Origin: Armatimonadota bacterium
GTDB lineage: Bacteria; Vulcanimicrobiota; JACPDS01; JBDRKI01
Assembly: GCA_043814095.1 (NCBI GenBank)
Contig: JBDRKI010000075.1
Location: 424 to 64,423, forward strand
DNA: 64,000 nucleotides
Reading direction: 5' to 3'
Below, piece after piece: positions 59,316-64,000 of this stretch. Each line of letters starts with the position of its first letter. Positions within the stretch are counted from its first letter, which is position 1. Made by a program: the position numbers and the translations under genes. The notes under the pieces were generated by a model. It was given only the letters and a program-made list of their open reading frames with translations. It did no database searches and had not been told where the DNA came from.

Positions 59316-60773
59316 TTATTTTACGGTTATTTCTTTCACGTTTTTTATGTCTATGGGCTTATTATATTTAGCGATAGTCCTGACTATCTCATCCTCTATG
59401 TGTTTAAGGTAGCCGTTATAGCAGTTCTCATTGTTAAATATTATTGAAAAAACAACCGTCTGGCCTGTTTTTGTTTTTACATACCCCGAAAGGGAAGAAA
59501 CTCCATGAAGAGTGCCTGTCTTGGCGTAAACAGTCACCCCGCTTAACCTGTATCTTAATGTGCCGTCTATCCCGCCCCTTGCCAGGGTTTTCATGAAGCT
59601 TTTGCCGTGCCCGCTGTTGTATATATATTCAAGAAAAGAAACAAGGAGGGAGGCCGGTATTCTGTTTTCCAGAGACAATCCCGAGCCGTCAAATATTTTC
59701 ACGCCCCTGGTATCTATATTCATTTCCCCGCAGAAATCAAGAATTATCTCCCTTGAACCCTTTACCGTGCCGCACCCTTTAGAATCAGCCGATATTGTCT
59801 TAAAAAGCTGTTCCGCAAGAAAATTATCGCTTTCCTTGTTCATCTGCCTTATTATCTCTATAAGACAGCAGGACTGATTCTCATACCATTTAATCAGGCT
59901 GTCTTTTAAAAAATATTCATACTCATTGGCGGGTCTGACCCTGCCGGCAACGGTTATTCCCCTTTTATTAAGAATTTTCTCAAACGCCGTAATCGCGCAC
60001 AATACCGGATCATAGACAGGCAGAACCCTGGTCTGATCATATGAAGACACGCCTTTTACATATATGGTATCGCCGTTATCGGCTCTTTTCACCGTTAATA
60101 CTCCGCCGCTTCCCAGCTTATTAACCACTTTTATATTCGGCGAATCGGGATAAATATAAATTTTATTATTGTATATCTTAACGCTGACAAGGTTGGCGTT
60201 TAAAGAAAGCCCGCTCACGGGGGATGTGTATGACTGCTGTTCGTCTTTCCACCCGCGGGGAGTAAACTCCCTGTCAAAAAAAAGATCGTCCGCTATAAGA
60301 TCGCCTTCTATTCTCCTTACGCCCATTTTATATAGATAATCCGCCATTTTCTCAAGAACATCCGTAGGTTCCGCCGAAAACTCGTATACCCATGTAGGAT
60401 CACCCCGCCCTTCAAGAACAAGGGGCCCGTACATAACACCGGTTACGGGGTCAATCTTTCCTCCGTAAAGATATGTCTTGTACGTGTAATACTCCCCCAG
60501 CTCATTTAACGCGGCGGCGGATGTCAGAATCTTCATGCAGGATGCCGGCATGAGCGCGAGATTTTCGTTTTTTGAATATATTACGGGGCCGTTTAACGCC
60601 TTGATCTTTACCGACAGGCTTCCTTTATACAATAAGGGGTCGCTGTTTATTATTCTTGATATGGACTTTGAAAGATCATCAAAAGGATAAACGGCATAAT
60701 TAAGGAAAATAAAAAATGCGAGAATCAGTATAAATATTTTGTTGTATTTTTTAGTACATATATTAATAGACAT
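59316..60773 (-). CDS. dacB: D-alanyl-D-alanine carboxypeptidase/endopeptidase (PBP4, peptidase S13)
   Basis: Signal/TM N-terminus. SxxK active site (PASCMKILTSAAAL). PBP4-like length. Confidence 0.75.
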   Translation of the reverse strand: MSINICTKKYNKIFILILAFFIFLNYAVYPFDDLSKSISRIINSDPLLYKGSLSVKIKALNGPVIYSKNENLALMPASCMKILTSAAALNELGEYYTYKTYLYGGKIDPVTGVMYGPLVLEGRGDPTWVYEFSAEPTDVLEKMADYLYKMGVRRIEGDLIADDLFFDREFTPRGWKDEQQSYTSPVSGLSLNANLVSVKIYNNKIYIYPDSPNIKVVNKLGSGGVLTVKRADNGDTIYVKGVSSYDQTRVLPVYDPVLCAITAFEKILNKRGITVAGRVRPANEYEYFLKDSLIKWYENQSCCLIEIIRQMNKESDNFLAEQLFKTISADSKGCGTVKGSREIILDFCGEMNIDTRGVKIFDGSGLSLENRIPASLLVSFLEYIYNSGHGKSFMKTLARGGIDGTLRYRLSGVTVYAKTGTLHGVSSLSGYVKTKTGQTVVFSIIFNNENCYNGYLKHIEDEIVRTIAKYNKPIDIKNVKEITVK

Positions 60774-60821
60774 ACAATTAGTTTTTTGAAAAAATGAATT
60801 TTTCCTCTTAAGGAGCGCCTG

Positions 60822-61811
60822 ATGAAAAAGTTTTTATTTGAAAAAATAACAAAACCCGCCGGAGCTTTTAAAGAAAGCCGCATAATACTAACGGCTAATG
60901 AACTTGATGTTTTTACTCATATTGAGAAAGGGGCAAGAACTTTCCCTGATATGGCAAAAAAAATAAAAGCGGATAAAGATTCTCTTGAGACACTTTTAAA
61001 CGCGCTATGCGCCTTAAATTTCTTAAAAAAGAAAGGCGGGAAATATTATAATACGGCCCTCGGATCCCAAATGCTGGTTAAGGGGAAAAAAGATTATCTG
61101 GGAGATACCCTGCTTCATTATTCCAATATGTGGAAAACATGGAGCGAACTTACCGAAACGGTAAAGCGCGGGCAGAAGATAAAAAACAAGCACATGATAA
61201 AAGAAAAGAAAAAGAGCAAAAACCGCTCCGCCTTTATAATGGCAATGCATAATAACGCGAAATACAAAGCCGAAGAGCTTGCGGAAAAACTAAAATTAAA
61301 AGGGGTTAAAAAGCTTCTGGACTTAGGAGGCGGCCCCGGGACTTACGGAATTTACTTCGCAAAAGCAAATAAGAATCTTAACTGCACGGTATATGATCTT
61401 CCCAACATCACTGGGATAACAAAAAAAATAATTAAGCAGCTCAAAGCAGATAATAAAGTCAGTGTTGTTTCCGGAGATTTTCTTACTGATCCCGTCCCGG
61501 GCGGGTTTGATGCGGCGTTCCTCTCTTCAATAATACATATATACGGAGAAAAAGAGAACATAAAGGTATTTAAAAAAGTATATTCCTCCTTGAAAGATAA
61601 AGGTAAAATCATAATAAAAGACTATATTCTTGATAATTCAAAGACAAAACCCGTATATCCGGCAATTTTCGCGATAAATATGCTTGCGGCCACAAAAACA
61701 GGCGGTGTTTACACGCAGAACGAGATAACGGCCTGGCTCAAAGCCGCGGGCTTTAAAAATATTAAAAGACGTGATATACTGGATTTCAGTATCATAACTG
61801 GAGAAAGGTAA
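60822..61811 (+). CDS. Class I SAM-dependent O-methyltransferase (OMT family 2-like)
   Basis: N-terminal dimerisation/winged-helix-like region. SAM motif LDLGGGPGTYG. 329 aa. Confidence 0.7.
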   Translation: MKKFLFEKITKPAGAFKESRIILTANELDVFTHIEKGARTFPDMAKKIKADKDSLETLLNALCALNFLKKKGGKYYNTALGSQMLVKGKKDYLGDTLLHYSNMWKTWSELTETVKRGQKIKNKHMIKEKKKSKNRSAFIMAMHNNAKYKAEELAEKLKLKGVKKLLDLGGGPGTYGIYFAKANKNLNCTVYDLPNITGITKKIIKQLKADNKVSVVSGDFLTDPVPGGFDAAFLSSIIHIYGEKENIKVFKKVYSSLKDKGKIIIKDYILDNSKTKPVYPAIFAINMLAATKTGGVYTQNEITAWLKAAGFKNIKRRDILDFSIITGER

Positions 61812-61822
61812 CCGGAGGAGTT

Positions 61823-63247
61823 ATGGCTCTTAAATTTTTAGACACATACACCAGAAAAATGGAAGAATTTAAGCCCATCTGCGAAAATCAGGTAAAAATG
61901 TACACGTGCGGGCCTACTGTTTATGATTACCCGCACATAGGCAATTACCGCGCATACACTTTTGAAGACATCTTGAGAAGATATTTAAAATACAAGGGCT
62001 TTCAGGTAATGCAGGTCATGAACATTACCGATATTGAAGATAAAATCATAAAAAAAAGCATGGAAGAAAAATTAAACGTGGCTGATATCACAAAAAAATA
62101 CACGGACGCTTTTTTCCAAGACTTAAATAAGTTAAACATAGAACGGGCGGAAATCTATCCCAAAGCCACGGAACATATAAACGAGATGGTTGAGCTCATA
62201 CAGACCCTCATGGAAAAAGGATACGCGTATAAAGCGGAAGACGGTTCCGTATATTTTTCAGTTGAAAAATTCAAAGATTACGGGAAACTCGCGCATATAA
62301 ACACCGAAGAGCTAATAAAAGGCGTAAGGATCTCCCATGACGAGTATTCAAAGGACAACCTATCGGATTTCGCATTATGGAAAGCATATGACGAAAATGA
62401 CGGGGACGTCTTCTGGGAAACCCCCTTAGGCAAGGGAAGACCCGGCTGGCATATAGAATGCTCCGCGATGAGCATGAAATATCTGGGCAACCATTTTGAT
62501 ATCCATACGGGAGGGGTTGACAATATATTTCCTCACCATGAAAACGAAATCGCCCAGTCGCAAGCCGCAACCGGCGAAAAATTCGTAAATTACTGGATGC
62601 ATAACGAACACCTCCTGGTTGACAACAAAAAAATGAGTAAATCCCTGGGGAATTTCTATACCATAAGAGACCTGGTCGGGAAAGGTTTTGACCCCCTCGC
62701 GGTAAGATACCTTTATATCTCAAACCACTACAGAAGCAAAATAAACTTTACTCTGGAGGGAATAGCTTCCGCCCAGAATACATTAGAAGGGCTTTACGGC
62801 TTTATAAAAAAGATGAAAAACTCCTCCCGCGAAGGACGCCTGCACGCGGACTTAAAAAACATGATCAACAAGACAAAGGAAGAATTTGAAGCCTTTATGG
62901 ATGATGATCTTAACACCCCCAGGGCAATAGCTGCGGTATTTGATTTCATCAGAGAATTAAACATACTTTATACCAATGACAAACTTACTAAAGATGACGC
63001 GGCGGCAATAATATCAACCCTGCTGGGATTTGACCGGGTGCTGGGATTAAACCTTAATAAGGGGCTTGCCGAAGATTCTTTTTCCGAAGAAGTAAATAAA
63101 TTAATAGAAGAAAGAAATTCCGCGAGAAAAAATAAAGACTTTAAAACCGCCGACCGGATAAGAGACAGGCTCCAGGAGATGGGCATAATACTGGAAGACA
63201 AAAAAGACGGCACCGTAAATATAATATCAAAGGGGCAGCATGTCTAA
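61823..63247 (+). CDS. cysS: Cysteine--tRNA ligase
   Basis: HIGN (PHIGNYR) and KMSKS class-I motifs. Zinc-binding Cys. 474 aa. Confidence 0.95.
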   Translation: MALKFLDTYTRKMEEFKPICENQVKMYTCGPTVYDYPHIGNYRAYTFEDILRRYLKYKGFQVMQVMNITDIEDKIIKKSMEEKLNVADITKKYTDAFFQDLNKLNIERAEIYPKATEHINEMVELIQTLMEKGYAYKAEDGSVYFSVEKFKDYGKLAHINTEELIKGVRISHDEYSKDNLSDFALWKAYDENDGDVFWETPLGKGRPGWHIECSAMSMKYLGNHFDIHTGGVDNIFPHHENEIAQSQAATGEKFVNYWMHNEHLLVDNKKMSKSLGNFYTIRDLVGKGFDPLAVRYLYISNHYRSKINFTLEGIASAQNTLEGLYGFIKKMKNSSREGRLHADLKNMINKTKEEFEAFMDDDLNTPRAIAAVFDFIRELNILYTNDKLTKDDAAAIISTLLGFDRVLGLNLNKGLAEDSFSEEVNKLIEERNSARKNKDFKTADRIRDRLQEMGIILEDKKDGTVNIISKGQHV

Positions 63248-63986
63248 TATTGTTTACGGAAAAAACTCCGTGATTGAATTTTTAATCTCCAGCCCGGAAA
63301 AGGCTGAAAAAGTATACATCTATAAAAACATAGAGAACAATAAAGCCGTGCAGAAAATTTTCAATCTCATAAAAAACAACAGAATTGTTTTTATCAAGGT
63401 TGACAGAAATAAGTTAAACACCTTGGCCGGCGGAGGAAACCATCAGGGTGTGGTTTTAACATTCGCATCACGCGAATATTCTTCTGTTAAAGACATCTTT
63501 GAAAAAGCGAAAAAGAAAAACCAGCTGCCGTTTATCCTTATACTGGATTCGGTCACGGACCCGCATAATTTCGGATCCATAATAAGGACCGCGGAATTTG
63601 CCGGGGTACACGGCATTATAATATCAAAAAGAAACTCGGCCGGCTTAACGCCTGTTGTTGAAAAAACATCTTCCGGGGCTTCCTTCTATATGCCGATTGT
63701 GAAGGTTTCTAATTTAAATTACACCGTTACCGACCTGAAAAAAGAAGGCGTCTGGATAATAGGCGCCGAAGGCGGCGCGGAAAAACCATATAATGAAGTT
63801 GATTATAAAATGCCTGCCGCGCTTGTCCTTGGAAGCGAAGGATCCGGGATAAGCAGTCTTTTGAAAAAATCATGCGATATTCTGGTTAAGATACCGAAAT
63901 ACGGGAACGTAACATCTTTAAACGTTGGAGTCTCTGCCGGCATATTAATATACGAAGTAATAAACAACCGGCTGAAACAGGCTTGA
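63240..63986 (+). CDS. rlmB: 23S rRNA (guanosine-2'-O)-methyltransferase, SpoU/TrmH family
   Basis: SpoU_sub_bind N-terminus plus SpoU methylase motifs (…ILDSVTDPHNFGSIIRTAE…, …LVLGSEGSGIS…). Overlaps the cysS stop. Confidence 0.85.
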   Translation: MSNIVYGKNSVIEFLISSPEKAEKVYIYKNIENNKAVQKIFNLIKNNRIVFIKVDRNKLNTLAGGGNHQGVVLTFASREYSSVKDIFEKAKKKNQLPFILILDSVTDPHNFGSIIRTAEFAGVHGIIISKRNSAGLTPVVEKTSSGASFYMPIVKVSNLNYTVTDLKKEGVWIIGAEGGAEKPYNEVDYKMPAALVLGSEGSGISSLLKKSCDILVKIPKYGNVTSLNVGVSAGILIYEVINNRLKQA

Positions 63987-64000
63987 TCGCTGGCATTTAC

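Overview
This window is bacterial chromosome with low GC (about 38-40%), high coding density and genes on both strands. The organism is not identified.

Most of it is ordinary housekeeping:
- glnA (5'-truncated by the window edge) and glmS
- an sdhCDAB operon
- hemC plus a cobA/hemD fusion
- a CHASE2 adenylate cyclase next to a cNMP-binding HD-GYP phosphodiesterase
- a pilB/gspE-like ATPase interrupted by one in-frame TAG, queF, and two pilT paralogs
- ssrA (tmRNA) with smpB, then coaE, rpsA, a pair of M16 peptidases, polA, the glmM-cdaR-cdaA operon, speE/speH, uvrA, tRNA-Pro(CGG), dacB-like PBP4, cysS and rlmB

The part that stands out is a dispersed family of four small secreted proteins of about 150-160 aa. 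Each has a near-identical Sec signal plus N-terminus (MKKLLIALV...STDTQT[VI]YYEIDAINE) and C-terminus (LPPDGSRV[VI]T[YF]TLTDE) around a hypervariable core.
- Three of the four share a TTGACC box, and all four share a homopolymeric G tract of variable length (8, 9, 9, 10) directly abutting a TATAAT box, plus a conserved structured 5'UTR with a GTG start.
- Three copies share a conserved 3'UTR.
- One copy is frameshifted inside an A9 tract. This looks like a contingency, phase-variable multigene family.
- Two copies sit beside COG1373/DUF4143 AAA+ ATPase genes, and the copies abut tmRNA and tRNA-Pro.

A conserved half-palindromic motif (AAAATACTCC[T/G]TTTGRYC) lies upstream of three of these copies. 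It also lies upstream of two genes in a cluster of three caspase-like (peptidase C14) lipoproteins with poly-Gly tethers, one of which carries a tandem double domain. That suggests a shared regulon of secreted and surface proteins.
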